Positions 1 to 12,589 are shown, numbered from the stretch's first letter. The stretch: DNA of 64,000 bases from Bugula neritina (GCA_964035545.1 OZ037767.1:14450998-14514997), one strand, 5' to 3'. Notes: generated by a model not told the origin, from the letters alone. Program-made: numbers and translations.

Positions 1-466
1 CAATTGAGGTATATTTTAGTTAAACAAATTTGTGTCTTTTTGAAGGAAATCTAAAACATATTTTCATAAAAAACTCTATAAATAAAAAATATATATAGGT
101 GCACTAATGGAAAAATTAGAAATAATCTATGTTCTAGAAGAGACAAGTATAGCAAACAAACAATTCTCATTAAAAATGAAGGACTTTGGGCTATTATAAT
201 TAAGTTCTGTCCTTAACTGTAACTTAAGTAATAAATATGCTCCTAATACACAATTTCGTTATATAACTGCTTGTTTCAAGGGATATCTGAATCAGTAACT
301 CATGAATTCATGAACCCACAAAACCAAGTGTTTTAAGTTAAAATGGAAAATATGTAATGCATATTTTATCAGCTATTGGCTATTAGCCCATATTTCTTTA
401 ACTTTTCCTAGTTTATATAGTTACTTGTTTACAATCTAAGGGTAGTATTATTCACACATTTGATAG

Positions 467-3400
467 GACGTAGAAAAAGAGTTTAACCAGAGAAGTGAAG
501 ACATAGAAGAGGTGATAAAAGAGAGTAAAGCCTTCCTGACTAGTCACACTAATCATGATCCAGTACTACAACTCAGTCTCACCAAACTCATCAAATCTTA
601 TCACTCACTCAATCAGATACTGGATACCAAGTGAGTTCTAGTTTATCATCCAATCAGATTTCAGGTAACAAATGCTTATCACTTTATCATCAAATTAGAT
701 GCTAGATATCAAGTAAATTCTAGTTTGTTGTCCAATCAGATATCTGGAAGCAAATAAGTTTTCACTTAATCAACAAATCAAATTCTAGATACTATAAACT
801 AGCTGATAGTGCAAACTTTGTGTAATGAGCCACACTTGGGTTTTATTTATTCTGCTCTCCAAGAAATCAAATGTTTTATTAGATTACCTCTATCTTAAAA
901 TAAACGATTTGAATGCTAACTTTCAAACATGAGCATAAAGTTAATACCATGGAGGAATGTTAACATTTTACTAATAATAACTTTAATTCTTTTTTTTGAG
1001 ATTTTATTATTTAGGTATCACTATATTGTAGTAATGAAGTAATAGAACCACTGCCGCTGCCCTTGTCATATGACTCAGATTCAGAGAGTACTTCTTCCTT
1101 CTCTTCAGATGCCACTTACACAGCTAGATTTGACCCTAATGACCTTCCAGCTAGAAGCAGAAGATTTATACCACACCTCACCCCTCTATATCGGGCAGTA
1201 ATTAGGGCCACCGTAAGTTGTGACTGAATTAATATAGAATTTAGGCTATTAATTAAACTTGAGCAATCAAAATTATATATTTTCATAAAGTGCAAGATGA
1301 AATATTTTAGCCTTTAACGTACATTAAATAATAATATGTATTAAAAATGGACATTTACGTAGCAACATGACATTTTATAAATTTCAAGCAAATTCACTTA
1401 TTTGAAATATAATTTTGGACTTTCAACAGAGTATATGGGACCTGTATGCAGCCTTTGAAATTTGAACTATTTACGTTAGCTGCTTGTCATAGTGTAAAGA
1501 TATTCAATAAAATATATTATTTGGTATACCTCTTGCAAGATCAAATGAGATATTTGCATAACATGTTGCAGTAAACTGAATGTTTACTATAGCTATTTAG
1601 CAGGCCATTCTAGTACTGACATGCAATACCATAGTAGCTACTTTACTCTGGTCACAATCAGCAGTAATAGTTTAGGTTTAAAACAATTACTGTAACTATA
1701 TTTAGGCATTATTGTTTCTCTAAAAATTGTTTAAATTTCAGAGCATTATGTAGGAATGATATTTGGTCAAGTTGTTAGTTCTTAAAAGAAAGAATTACAT
1801 ATTGAGCACTAAAATTGTTTCTTATAAATTACCTAAAGTAAAAAATATATTGGGAATATGGGTTTAATGGCATTGGCATTGCACAAGTAATATTGTATAC
1901 ATAGTAATATTGTTTAATATAGCACAATGCAATGTGTTAGTTTAGAGCTACTTGCAGAGTTACATTTCTGCACTCAACTATATTGTTGCCTGTTACTTCA
2001 AGATATAATTGCACAGCAAAGGATTATATTTTAAATTATTATTTAGTTGGTGGATTTGACTATGGGAACCTAATTTAATAGAGAACAGTAACTTCACAGT
2101 TTCAAACTTATATGTCTTAAAGAAACTTTTATTTTTCTCTGGTAGCTTTGATATGTTCATCATATTTTTGTAGCTTTCATTTTTCATGTTTGCCGAGACA
2201 GCAAAAATATTTTCAAATTGCAGTTTTTCAAACATTTTAGTTTTTCATTCGTCTTATAACTACATCGCATAGGATGTACATGTAACTTTGAAGTACAGGT
2301 TCTTATATTATTTTTCTATAGGTAAGACATCATAGAAGGTCAAGTGGGAGCACAACTCCTTCTAGTCTGTCTGTAAGTCCACGAAGCTCAGCACATGGAA
2401 ACTCCCCAGCTGTGTCACCTGGTAGAGTGATTCAGTCTTCTGCTGCTACTACTACTACTACTACTAGCACTAGTACTAGTAGTAGAATTAGCAGTGTGAC
2501 TAAGACATCTAGTAGAACTACTGTTAGTACTGTGAGAAGCAGAAGAGTTGACATCAATTTAGACTTGTCAGACTCTGAACCTGAGTTTGAGCCGTTTCCT
2601 TGGGTCGATGTTAGCGATGATGAACTCAGTCTACCAGATGAGTAAGTGCCGAATCTCTCATACCCAGTTTGACAACAGAATTTGTTAAAATTTATTTTAA
2701 CTTTTGTGTGTTTGATTTCAACCTTTTATCACTATTTACTTTACAGTTATAAAAATAGTTGTATCTTTTTATTTGTCCTGCTAGAGTTAATTACAATCTG
2801 AGACGATCTGACCACGAAATGGTAAAGGAAATAGAACGCAGGAGGCCATTGGCTAAGCTCCAAGTTGATGTTTCACCCAATCAAACTCCTGCATCACCCA
2901 ATCAAACTCCCGAACTGTCAATACCATGTGATAGTTATTCTGCTACTGAGAACAATGGAGAAAATTGTCATCAAAGTGACAAATCTTACTTGGCAATACC
3001 ATTTCCAAAATTTAGTAATAGTAGTGGTCAGAAAATCAAAAAGAAATGTAGATCAAAATCATCACTTAAAACCTTAACCACTTTTAGCGAGTTGCAGTTT
3101 ACATCCTTGCACAAAACTGAACCCATCAGTGTTCGAGCAGCTAAAGCTGTCGGCTCTCGTGTCTGTGTACCTCGTAGTCGGTGCAGCATCTCAGCCTCTT
3201 TACCAACATCTGCCATGGTTTACCAGGCAGCAACTATGTTATACAAAGCATACCCATGTTTGAAGGAAAACAGTAACTGGCCAGCTGCAGATTTTTGCCA
3301 TCAGCCAATGTTGGAAAACGTTGAAAACGTAGAGCGAATAGCAGTGCTTGAAACGATGGATGGCTCAGAACCAAGATGTGTTGATAGAGATCTGCATGAA

Positions 3401-5368
3401 GGAAATGGAAACTTTGAAGATGGGAAAGCATTAAACAATAATCAAAAATTTGATATTTCAGCTGGAAAATTGATTTCAGAAAGCAGCAGAACAAATGAGA
3501 AAGTTTCCTCAGAAGGTTCGAATATCAATGGCTTTGAAAGACCACCTGAAGTAGCTGTTGAAACTAAAGCTGAAAGTCAAAAAGAGTGTTTACAAGATGA
3601 AAGCAGTTCAGATTTTGAAGATGAGAATCACCTTGCACTAAACGATACACTACCAACTAGCTGGACCCTGACATGCTTTGGATCAGACAAAAGTACAGTC
3701 ATAGCTGACACTACAGACAGTCCCAAGCTGATCTCTGATTGGAATGACGAGAAGGACGACTCAACTGATAAACCTTTTCCACCATATCAGACACAGCTAG
3801 GCATCTCTCCTAAGAACGGTGAACACTCAGCTGATAAACCTCTTCCACCATATCAGACACAGCTAGGCGTCTCTCCTAAGAACAATGAACACTCAGCTGA
3901 TAAACCTCTTCCACCATATCAGACACAGCTAGGCGTCTCTCCTAAGAACGGTGAACACTCAGCTGATGAACCTCTTCCACCATATCAGACACAGCTAGGC
4001 GTCTCTCCTAAGAACGATGAACACTCAGCTGATAAACCTTTTCCACCATATCAGACACAGCTAGGCGTCTCTCCTAAGAACAGTGAACACTCAGCTGATA
4101 AACCTTTTCCACCATATCAGACACAGCTAGGTGTCTCTCCTAAGAACGATGAACACTCAGCTGATAAACCTTTTCCACCATATCAGACACAGCTAGGCAT
4201 CTCTCCTAAGAACGATGAACACTCAGCTGATGAACCTCTTCCATTATATCAGACACAGCTAGGCGTCTCTCCTAAGAACGATGAACACTCAGATATGCTT
4301 AGTGAGTTGAGTTATCTAGCTGTGAGTGAGCAGCACTCACAAACCACTAATCTAATACTCATAAGTAATCCTGCTCCCTTTAACAGTGAGAGTAACTTTG
4401 ATGATGCAGAAAATAGAAATAACAGCACAAAGGACAAAGAACCTGAAGGAATTGAAGAAGAAATTGACTTTGTGACTGATAAAGAAATAAATAAAGAGGA
4501 AGACAGAATATCAAAACAAGAAGCATTCAAAGAAGCAGATGAAGTGGATAATAGCAATTGTGAAATACAAGACAATATCAGCATAGCAGGACCTTTTCTT
4601 TTGGCACCACCAACTAGCAAGATGTCGACAATGTTAGCAGAAAGTCAGCTAAAGGAGTTTTCAGGTTCTGACTCAGAAAAAGAATTGCCCTTAATTTCTT
4701 TCTCGAACAAAGAAACACAAGTTGATAAAACCTCCTTGCTACTACACGGAAAGAAGAGATCACTGAAAAGACTAACAGACATCAATGAAACTTCAACTTC
4801 AATGCATACCTCAAATGAATCTTTGCAGCTGGAGGAAAAGTTGGACAGAAGCTGTTGTTCAAGGTAATAACATATTTGTCCAAACACCATAATGATTTAA
4901 TTTACAGTTACTTTCTTGTTTTCAAATATTTATTCATTTTTAGTACTGCATATCTTTTAACAATGCTGGTTATATTATTATAGTATTACTGCAAATTATT
5001 GTTAATGTCGTAGACTAGGTGTGTATGAAGTTTTAAACAATTTGTGTTAAAATGAGTTTATTATAGTTTGCGTTGTTTGAATTTACTTGACAATAATTAA
5101 AAGTTGCAATGTCTTTTGCAAGTAATTAATATTTTATCTAATTATCACTTTTTATTATGAATTTGCATTTCATTTTAGTTTTATGTTTGAATCAATCTTT
5201 GATTTTGATAGTTTGGTATGGACAAAAATGTTACTAATTGGTTTGCTTCTTGGATTCCTCTGCTGGCTTATCTCTCTGGTTATCTTCCCTGCTACTTGTG
5301 AAAACAGCTGTTGGCACTGTGGAATAGTTGGCTTGAGAAGGAAGTTCACTAGTATTCCTCCACACTAA
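467..5368 (+). CDS. Nesprin/KASH-like tail-anchored protein, 5'-partial (spectrin-repeat-like segment, long S/T-rich disordered region with 22-aa repeats, C-terminal TM + ...IPPH)
   Basis: Phase-consistent GT-AG exons 467-630, 1032-1212, 2322-2641, 2785-4863, 5179-5368. The first exon reads DVEKEFNQRSEDIEEVIKESKAFL...LQLSLTKLIKSYHSLNQILDT (helical, spectrin-repeat-like). The last exon gives TM LLIGLLLGFLCWLISLVIF plus the 26-aa tail PATCENSCWHCGIVGLRRKFTSIPPH*. Confidence 0.65.
610..793 (+). repeat. Degenerate ~41-bp tandem repeat seeded on an exon end/5' splice donor
   Basis: Units start at about 610, 651, 692, 733, 775 (caatcagat...caagtgagttctagtttatcatc). The first unit contains the AA|GTGAGT donor at 630/631. 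Confidence 0.6.
3761..4288 (+). repeat. Coding minisatellite, 8 x 66 bp (SADKP[L/F]PPYQTQLGVSPKNxEH)
   Basis: Eight near-identical in-frame 22-aa units within ORF 2759-4867. Confidence 0.95.
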
Positions 5369-6147
5369 ACTTTCCAGAGTTGTCTTACCGAAATATAATA
5401 ATTTTTTACGCTTTATAATTGTATGTATCTTATACGCTGCTTTACAATTTTATTTTCTACTGTATAATTTAAGAACGCTTAATACTTTTGTATTTGATAG
5501 GCTTCGTTATACATGTACACATCTCATACAAGTTTTGAAATTAGTTAGCAAGGCGTGATAACTCACAAAAGTACTTTATTTTTGTTTAGCACACTGATAA
5601 TCGCTTTCTTCACTTTAATTATTCTTATAACAACATAGTTATGTTTTTTATGTTTTTGAGTTTAAACTGCGGCATATTTTTTAAGACTAAACTTGCATTT
5701 TTATCAATTTTTTTCCCTTGTAGAACAATTTAAAATACAAAAATCAAAACTAATCTCAAATGGGCAAATGATAATTGAAAAAAATGGCGCAAGTTATTTA
5801 ATGTTTTGTTAAACTTAGTCTCTAAAACAAAAGAGTTAACTCATGAGCAAACTATTCATTTTTTAATTGACTCATTTATGCATTGCTAATGTGGCAGCAT
5901 TGAAGCAGCACAATACACACTTTGATACATTATTATATGTTGCTACAATAAGTGTAAAACAAATGACTGTACAGTTTCAATACTTGTTTTACAGCTCAGC
6001 AACCACTGCGAAAATTTTACTAGTCACATGTCTGACTGCATGGTGTAGTGAGCCAAGGCATTCTGCCATTTTATACACGAGTCTTAAATGTTTAAAATTA
6101 GCTGCTTAAAAAATATATTTTTATAAGGCATAGCCCAAAATCTATAA

Positions 6148-8660
6148 ATGGCAGAGTCTGGAACTGAAGATGGTAAGCAGACCAGCCCGACTTTTATCCA
6201 GTATGTAAGGGAGAGAGATGAGGCCAGGGAACTTGTAAAGGTGAGAGAGAAGGAGCTGCAGCAGTCTCGGAGCAGCAGATATGAGTTGTCTAAGAAGTGT
6301 GAGCAGCTGGAAGACCAGGTGAGCTTTACTAAGGCTTCAAAATATGTAACCAAAGTGTACTAATATATAGTCACAGTGTACTATTATATAGTCACAGTGT
6401 AGCCATTGTATAGTCACAGTGTAGCCATTATAGAGCCAGAGTTTAATCATTTAATTTTGTTGCAACTTAACCATATATACATGCAATGACCATGATGTGA
6501 ACATTAAAATATATATTATGTATATAGTATATATTTAGTTGCAATGAAACATGTGCTAAAGTACAACATAATCTTATTGAATGCATCATATGTAGCTGTG
6601 TTGATGAATAAAATACTTTTCCAGGTAAAATATTTAAAATCAAAGCTGAAGGAAGCCAAGCATGAGCTGCAAGCTAATAACACTGAAGTAAGTCAATATT
6701 AAACTCTATAGTCCAGTGTAAATTCTATAGTTACTCATGCCTTCTGTAGAGCTGAGTTTACCCAGTAGCCTCCGTGGTGTAATGGTAGCACACTTGTTTG
6801 CAAGCCAGAGGACTCGGGTTCGAATCCCAGTGGGGGCAATTATTTTACAAGCTATTTCGGCCTTTAGTAAAGTGTAGTAGTACTCCAAGGGAGTTGAGTG
6901 GCCAGTGGAGCCTGAATACTGAAGGAGTAGTAGAGAGGCTAGTGGAGTTCAGAGAACTGGGTGGGATGTAGTGTTGAGTTTACCTAGTAGCCTCCGTGGT
7001 GTAATGGTAGCACACTTGCTTGCAAGCCAGAGGACTCGGGTTCAATTCCCAGTGAGGGCAATTATTTTACACCTTCATATTCAAACGAATTTTGCTATCA
7101 AAGTTGAAGCTTCAAACTTGGAGATGAGCTCATTGATTAAGCAGAAGCTAAGAATAGCATGTAATAAAAGTCTTTATATAGTTAGTATTAATAAGTAATT
7201 TAGCAAAAATATAAACTGTCAAATTCTTTAGTTGATGCTATAATTTTTGCAGACCAGCTTTAGCAACTTGAAGAAGAAACCAACACCAAAACTCAAGCCG
7301 GTGAAAAAACAAACCCGGCAGGAAAAAGCCTCAAAACAGCCAAAGAAACCAACCCTTCAACCGATAATTCCAAACAGAGAAGAGATAGCAGACGACTCCA
7401 ACGCATTCTATAGTGTATGTTCTCACTTACCATACACAATTATACTTTTTTATTTCTATAAGCACAACTTCAGCTAATTTCATCAGCGCTATCTACAATG
7501 GTTTTGCATTTTGTGTGCATTTCAAATCCTAAACAACATGCTTGTATATAGGCCTAATCTTCAATAAATACGTAATGCTTTTACTACCAGTTCATCAAAA
7601 TATTTTATAAAGTTCAAGGCCACTTTACAAAGCGCATAACTGCATAACTTTATCATGGCTACTGAGAGTGAATCAGCTAAAAATATCACAGTCCAAATTT
7701 TCTAATAAATAAGTTATGGATAGAATGACCATCCTGGACAACTCTCCCTCGTGTGTAATATTCACTTTGTATAATATTTTGAAGGCTATCAGTGAGCTCT
7801 GTCCTCACGTTAAACTGTCTGTAATAAAGAATGCAGAGAAACTGTTCTTAGAAGGAGACATCAATGGGGATGGGGTAGGTTAGGAGAGGTTGTTGCGAGA
7901 TTTTTGCATTTTGAATGTTTTACATTTGTCTTACATACGGCACTACAATTACTGCATCAATTACTTACATCTCGAAATATCTATGAATTCAGTTTACTTT
8001 TATTAAACATCAGCTTCATAGCTCAACCCAAACTCTATAACTAATAAGTTTTTTATAATATGGACTTTTGTTCACGAAACTTTAACTTAAAAAAGAAATT
8101 ATTTCTTAGCTGTTTAGTTGACTGTTTTACTTCGCACATAAAAAACATTTTAAATTTTTTCTATTTTGTATAATAGTTTTGAAATACAATTTCAAAGTAT
8201 GTGAATGTGAAATTGCTACATTTGCCGTAATATCTCGTGTTTTACTTTCAGTTGATAGATGTGGACGAATTAGACACACTGTTTACCAAACATCTGGCAT
8301 TATACACAAAGCAGGAAGTGAGAGAAATCTTGGAGACCGGAGATACCGATGGTTCAGGAGCACTGGATTTTATTGAGATATTACAAGTTTGGATAATAAA
8401 ATAGAAAATAACTATTGCATATGTTGGTACACACACACACGCGCACGCATGCACGCACATACTCTCTCTCTCACATGCGTGCGTGCGTGTGTGTGTACAA
8501 TGTACAGCTCAAGTAACTCTAGGAGTCAAATATATCTACACATACATTAGCATTACTGTTATAGGTTATGCATGAAATGGATCAAGGAGAAGAAAACTCT
8601 ATGCCTAAAAAGGATTTACAAAAGAACAGCAAAGGGACAGTGATATGCTCAATACAATGA
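6148..8660 (+). CDS. Coiled-coil + basic linker + two EF-hand protein with C-terminal CaaX box (CSIQ)
   Basis: Exons 6148-6318, 6625-6687, 7253-7414, 7785-7874, 8252-8386, 8565-8660, all phase 0 with GT-AG. Canonical EF loops DINGDG|LIDVDE and DTDGSGALDFIE. Ends ...KGTVICSIQ*. Confidence 0.8.
6745..6847 (+). mobile_element. Short tRNA-like interspersed repeat, family A (copy 1)
   Basis: Body 6768-6838 has an A box (TGGTGTAATGG), a B box (GGTTCGAATCC) and a pairable acceptor stem GCCTCCG/TGGGGGC-A, followed by ATTATTTT. Conserved leader TGTAGxGCTGAGTTTACCCAGTA. Confidence 0.75.
6967..7068 (+). mobile_element. Short tRNA-like repeat, family A (copy 2)
   Basis: Near-identical to 6745-6847, including the upstream leader. 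Confidence 0.75.
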
Positions 8661-8811
8661 CATCTAGTTGAAACAAAACTTTTTATGGCCAATCCTTTAC
8701 AATGTAATTCAAATTAATGTAGCCTATATACATTATGTTCTTTCATGACATAATTAACTGTTCAAAAATGCAAGTTGACGGCTAATAGTGAATAACAAAA
8801 ATATGCCCTTA

Positions 8812-9351
8812 TGTCACAAATTCTGAGTATACATATACCTATAGACTTACCGGGTTTTTCCTAATGATTATACACGAATGTTCATAACTATTCTAGATTG
8901 ATCAAAGAGATGGGTCATTGTTCATTGTTATTTTCATTAGTCATGTTAACTACTGTCCAGCAATGTAAACAAGGTATTGCGCAATAATTGCGAAATAACC
9001 ATGGAAATTCCAATGTTTTGTTTTGATTTTCTATAAATAGTATTGGTATGTGGGGAATGTTTTGTACTAGAATCTTCTATACTGGAATGCTTGAGAATGT
9101 TCTAGAGTGTTTTGTTTACTATAAATACTGAGGCAGTTGTGTTTACAAATCAGTTCCTTTTTATAAGTTCATTCTTGGAGTTCATTTTTATTAATTCATC
9201 TGTGCATATCTTACTAAAGGAATAAAGTCTACTTATATCCACAACTCTATTTACTCACAACTGGATTAGCAAGCTGTATGCTACTTGTCTCTACACTTCT
9301 GACTACCAGACTTTTCGAACTCGTCACACTGCTACCAACAGTTTTGTGACA
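8812..9351 (+). repeat. 5' LTR
   Basis: TG...CA ends with a 9-bp terminal inverted repeat; TATAAATA boxes at about 9032 and 9120; AATAAA at about 9221. Confidence 0.95.
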
Positions 9352-9353
9352 AT

Positions 9354-9370
9354 TGGGGGCTGCTCCGGGA
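9354..9370 (+). promoter_or_regulatory. Primer-binding site, tRNA-Pro-like
   Basis: TGGGGGCTGCTCCGGGA lies 2 nt after the 5' LTR and matches the tRNA-Pro PBS TGGGGGCTCGTCCGGGA except for a 2-nt swap. Confidence 0.75.
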
Positions 9371-9447
9371 AGTCTCAGTCGCACACAGGGAAGTTATTAG
9401 TTACAACGTGAGTATACACAGGATTAATTAACAGTTGTTGAGACATT

Positions 9448-12400
9448 ATGGCGTTGTTGGAGAGAGTGACACAGATGGGTAAAGATCTTGGACTGGTGGA
9501 TGACAAGCTCGTAGCTTTTGTTGAAAAGAACCTACCCATTGTCGCTGCACAAGAAGAAAAAGAAAAGGACCGAGAGGAAAAAGAAAAGGACCGAGAGGAG
9601 CGTAGATTAGAGCGTGAGGCAGAAAAGATCAGGCAAGAAAATGAGAAAGCCATAATGGAGATGAAGATAAAAGCTGATCAGGAGGCAATGGCACTCAAGA
9701 TAAAAGCTGACCAGGAGGCAGAAGAGAGAAGACAACAACATGAATTAGATATGGAAAAGCTGAAAGCTAACACAAGTTTGGAGCACTCAAGACATGAGAG
9801 CACCAGGTTAGAAATAGCTAACAAACCAAAACCAAAGATACCATTCTTTGATGAGAAGGTGGATGAAATGGATAGCTATTTGGAGCGGTTCGAGTGGGTT
9901 GCCGAAGGATGTAACTGGGACAAGGGAGATTGGCCCTACCATCTCAGTCAGTACCTAAGGGGTACAGCAACAGAAGCTTACATCCGGTTGTCACCTACCG
10001 ATCGTAGAGATTATAAAAAAGTTAAAGAAGCCTTATTGGAGCGCTTTAACTTGACTCAAGAGGGCTACAGAAAAAAGCTCAGAGAGGCAGAAGCTTACGA
10101 GGATGAAACTCCTGCCCAACTATTCACTAGGATAGAAAGTTATGTGCACAAGTGGGTGGAGCTTTCAGGGGGCATGGACATAGCCAAACTAGTGGCGACT
10201 GAACAATTTATATCATCATGCCCAGACGACCTAGCTGTGCATTTAAAGCAAAGTTCCTACAACAGCAGTGAGGATATGTGTGATGCAGCGTCACTGTTTT
10301 TGCACGCTCGTGGAAGGAAACTAGCAAAGACAAAGAAAACTAATCCAAGAAGGATGGAAAACGCGCCTGCCGATAGCATGGATGCTGAACAAGGAAGTAA
10401 AAGCGATGGTGCATGCTTCATCTGCAAAGATAAGTCGCACATTGCTCGTAACTGCCCACGGCAAGGGAAGAAGCACTGTTCACATTGCAAGATGAACAAC
10501 CACAATACTTCAGACTGCAGAAAGTATGGTGGGAGGTCAGTGCATGCTGCTGCTGCAATAGCGACTACTCAGAATAAGACTGTGGTCACAGATCCAGGAA
10601 TCTCATCTAAAGTGGAAGAACCTACGGAAATCACAGTTAATGGTAAAAAGTTTGTCAACGCTGCTGTCTGCAAGAATGGACCTAAATTCAAAGATGGGGG
10701 CACAGCGATATTTGATGCGGAAGTTAATGGCCAACGAGCTACTGTAATGCGCGACACCGGCTGTGGTTGCATTGTAGTCAATGCAAAGTATGTGCAACCT
10801 CAACACTTGACTGGAGAATCAGTTTATCTGAATATGGCTGATGCAAGTGTTAGGGAGGCTCAGTGGGCACTTATCTCAGTACGCTCACCATTTTACAATG
10901 GTGTCGTCAAAGCTGCAGTAATGGACAAGACGATTTGTGACCTGCTTATTGGGAATGTGGATGGAGCGAGATCAGCTGATCAGCCACTGGAAAACTGGAA
11001 GGACTGCGCCGTAACCACAAGAGCTCAAGCTGTCAAGGAAAAGTCAGGAGACAAACCACTGATGGTTGATTCAAATGCTAACCCATTAAGTATAGGGAAA
11101 GATGAAATAGCCAGACTGCAGAGAGATGACCCCACATTGGAGCGTTTCTTCGATGCAAAAGAAGTGAAGGAGAAAAAGGGATGCACCACCAGGTTTGTGG
11201 TGAGGAATAATATTCTGTACCGTGAGTACACCGACTCCAAGTCTGCCAGTGTAAAACCCGTTAAACAACTCATGGTACCCAGTTCACTGAGGAAGGAAGT
11301 TCTACAGAAAGCTCATGACTGCATAATGAGCGGACACCTAGGAGTAAAGAAAACCACTGATAGAGTGCTTTCCAACTTCTTCTGGCCAGGACTAAACGGA
11401 GATGTCGTACGTTTCTGTCAATCATGTGACATTTGCCAGAAGACGGTGAAAAAAGGCTCAGTCATGAAAGTTCCAGTACAGGAAACTCCACTAATTGACA
11501 CCCCATTCAAGAGATGTGCAATAGACCTAATCGGACCAATTAACCCTCCAAGTGAGAAAGGACACCGCTACATCCTAACTTTAGTTGACTATGCTACAAG
11601 ATATCCTGAAGCTACACCATTAAAGAACATTGACTCAGCTACTGTAGCTGAAGCGCTGCTTGACATATACAGTCGTGTTGGGATACCAGAGGAGGTGATA
11701 AGCGATCAAGGAACTCAATTCATCTCAGACTACATGAAAGAGTTTACCAAATTACTTGACATGCGGCAACTTCCTACCTCACCATACCATGCAATGGCCA
11801 ATGGACTTGTGGAAAAGTTCAACGGAACCCTCAAGAGTATGTTAAAAAAGTTGTGTGCTAAAGAGCCAAGACAGTGGCATCGGTTTATCAATGCGGCTCT
11901 ATTTGCATATAGAGAAGTCCCACAGGAATCAACAGGCTTCGCCCCATTCGAGTTACTCTATGGAAGAACTGTGCGTGGACCAATGTACATCCTGCGACAA
12001 CTTTGGACAAAAGAAGACACTGCCGATGAAGTCAAGACCTGCTATCAACATGTTTTTGAATTGAGAGAGCGTTTAGATGACATGATGGAAATGGCACTAG
12101 CTTCGCTAAAAGACAGTCAAAAAAGATACAAACACTATTTTGACAAGAAAGCTAAGCAGAGAGACTTCAAATCTGGTGACAAAGTGCTCATTCTTCTACC
12201 TACGGATGGAAATAAATTGCTGATGCATTGGCAAGGACCATTCAATATTGAGGAGAAAGTCAGACTGAATGACTACATTATCAACATTAGAGGCAAGAGG
12301 AGAACATACCATGCCAACATGCTGAAGAAATACTTTGAACGGGAGACGCCTACCGACTCTATGACTGCTGGAGCTGTGAGGACTCTAGATGCTGCTGGTG

Positions 12401-12552
12401 CTGGAATTATTGATCACGATAAGGAAAGAGAAGAATGCGAAGATAATTTGTTGGACCTGTACAGTAATAAACAGCAGAGTGATGAGATGGGCTATGTATT
12501 TACAGAACTTCATAATCAAGGTGGAGTCAACAAGAGGAAAGGACAATGTTAG
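9448..12552 (+). CDS. Gag (coiled coil, SCAN-like capsid, two CCHC knuckles) - aspartic protease - integrase polyprotein; no RT
   Basis: 1034-aa ORF. Knuckles CFICKDKSHIARNC and CSHCKMNNHNTSDC; protease RDTGC; IN HHCC (AHDCIMSGH...CQSCDIC); DDE core (IDLIGP, SDQGTQF, GLVEKFN); GPF motif (WQGPF). No YxDD RT motif. Confidence 0.93.
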   Translation: MALLERVTQMGKDLGLVDDKLVAFVEKNLPIVAAQEEKEKDREEKEKDREERRLEREAEKIRQENEKAIMEMKIKADQEAMALKIKADQEAEERRQQHELDMEKLKANTSLEHSRHESTRLEIANKPKPKIPFFDEKVDEMDSYLERFEWVAEGCNWDKGDWPYHLSQYLRGTATEAYIRLSPTDRRDYKKVKEALLERFNLTQEGYRKKLREAEAYEDETPAQLFTRIESYVHKWVELSGGMDIAKLVATEQFISSCPDDLAVHLKQSSYNSSEDMCDAASLFLHARGRKLAKTKKTNPRRMENAPADSMDAEQGSKSDGACFICKDKSHIARNCPRQGKKHCSHCKMNNHNTSDCRKYGGRSVHAAAAIATTQNKTVVTDPGISSKVEEPTEITVNGKKFVNAAVCKNGPKFKDGGTAIFDAEVNGQRATVMRDTGCGCIVVNAKYVQPQHLTGESVYLNMADASVREAQWALISVRSPFYNGVVKAAVMDKTICDLLIGNVDGARSADQPLENWKDCAVTTRAQAVKEKSGDKPLMVDSNANPLSIGKDEIARLQRDDPTLERFFDAKEVKEKKGCTTRFVVRNNILYREYTDSKSASVKPVKQLMVPSSLRKEVLQKAHDCIMSGHLGVKKTTDRVLSNFFWPGLNGDVVRFCQSCDICQKTVKKGSVMKVPVQETPLIDTPFKRCAIDLIGPINPPSEKGHRYILTLVDYATRYPEATPLKNIDSATVAEALLDIYSRVGIPEEVISDQGTQFISDYMKEFTKLLDMRQLPTSPYHAMANGLVEKFNGTLKSMLKKLCAKEPRQWHRFINAALFAYREVPQESTGFAPFELLYGRTVRGPMYILRQLWTKEDTADEVKTCYQHVFELRERLDDMMEMALASLKDSQKRYKHYFDKKAKQRDFKSGDKVLILLPTDGNKLLMHWQGPFNIEEKVRLNDYIINIRGKRRTYHANMLKKYFERETPTDSMTAGAVRTLDAAGAGIIDHDKEREECEDNLLDLYSNKQQSDEMGYVFTELHNQGGVNKRKGQC

Positions 12553-12589
12553 AGCCGATTATCTAAGCCGAATTGACTCAGAATTTTAA
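12470..12589 (+). pseudogene. Out-of-frame remnant of the RNase H C-terminus
   Basis: NSRVMRWAMYLQNFIIKVESTRGKDNVRADYLSR is the typical Ty3/Gypsy RNase H end (RW..L.....G..N..AD.LSR), fused directly behind IN. Confidence 0.85.

Noticed and set aside
6768-6838. Functional tRNA gene
   Set aside because: The anticodon arm is irregular and the copies are mutually divergent and scattered in introns; treated as a tRNA-derived repeat.
8427-8498. Intronic inverted (CA)n/(TG)n hairpin
   Set aside because: Simple-repeat complementarity; no evidence of function.
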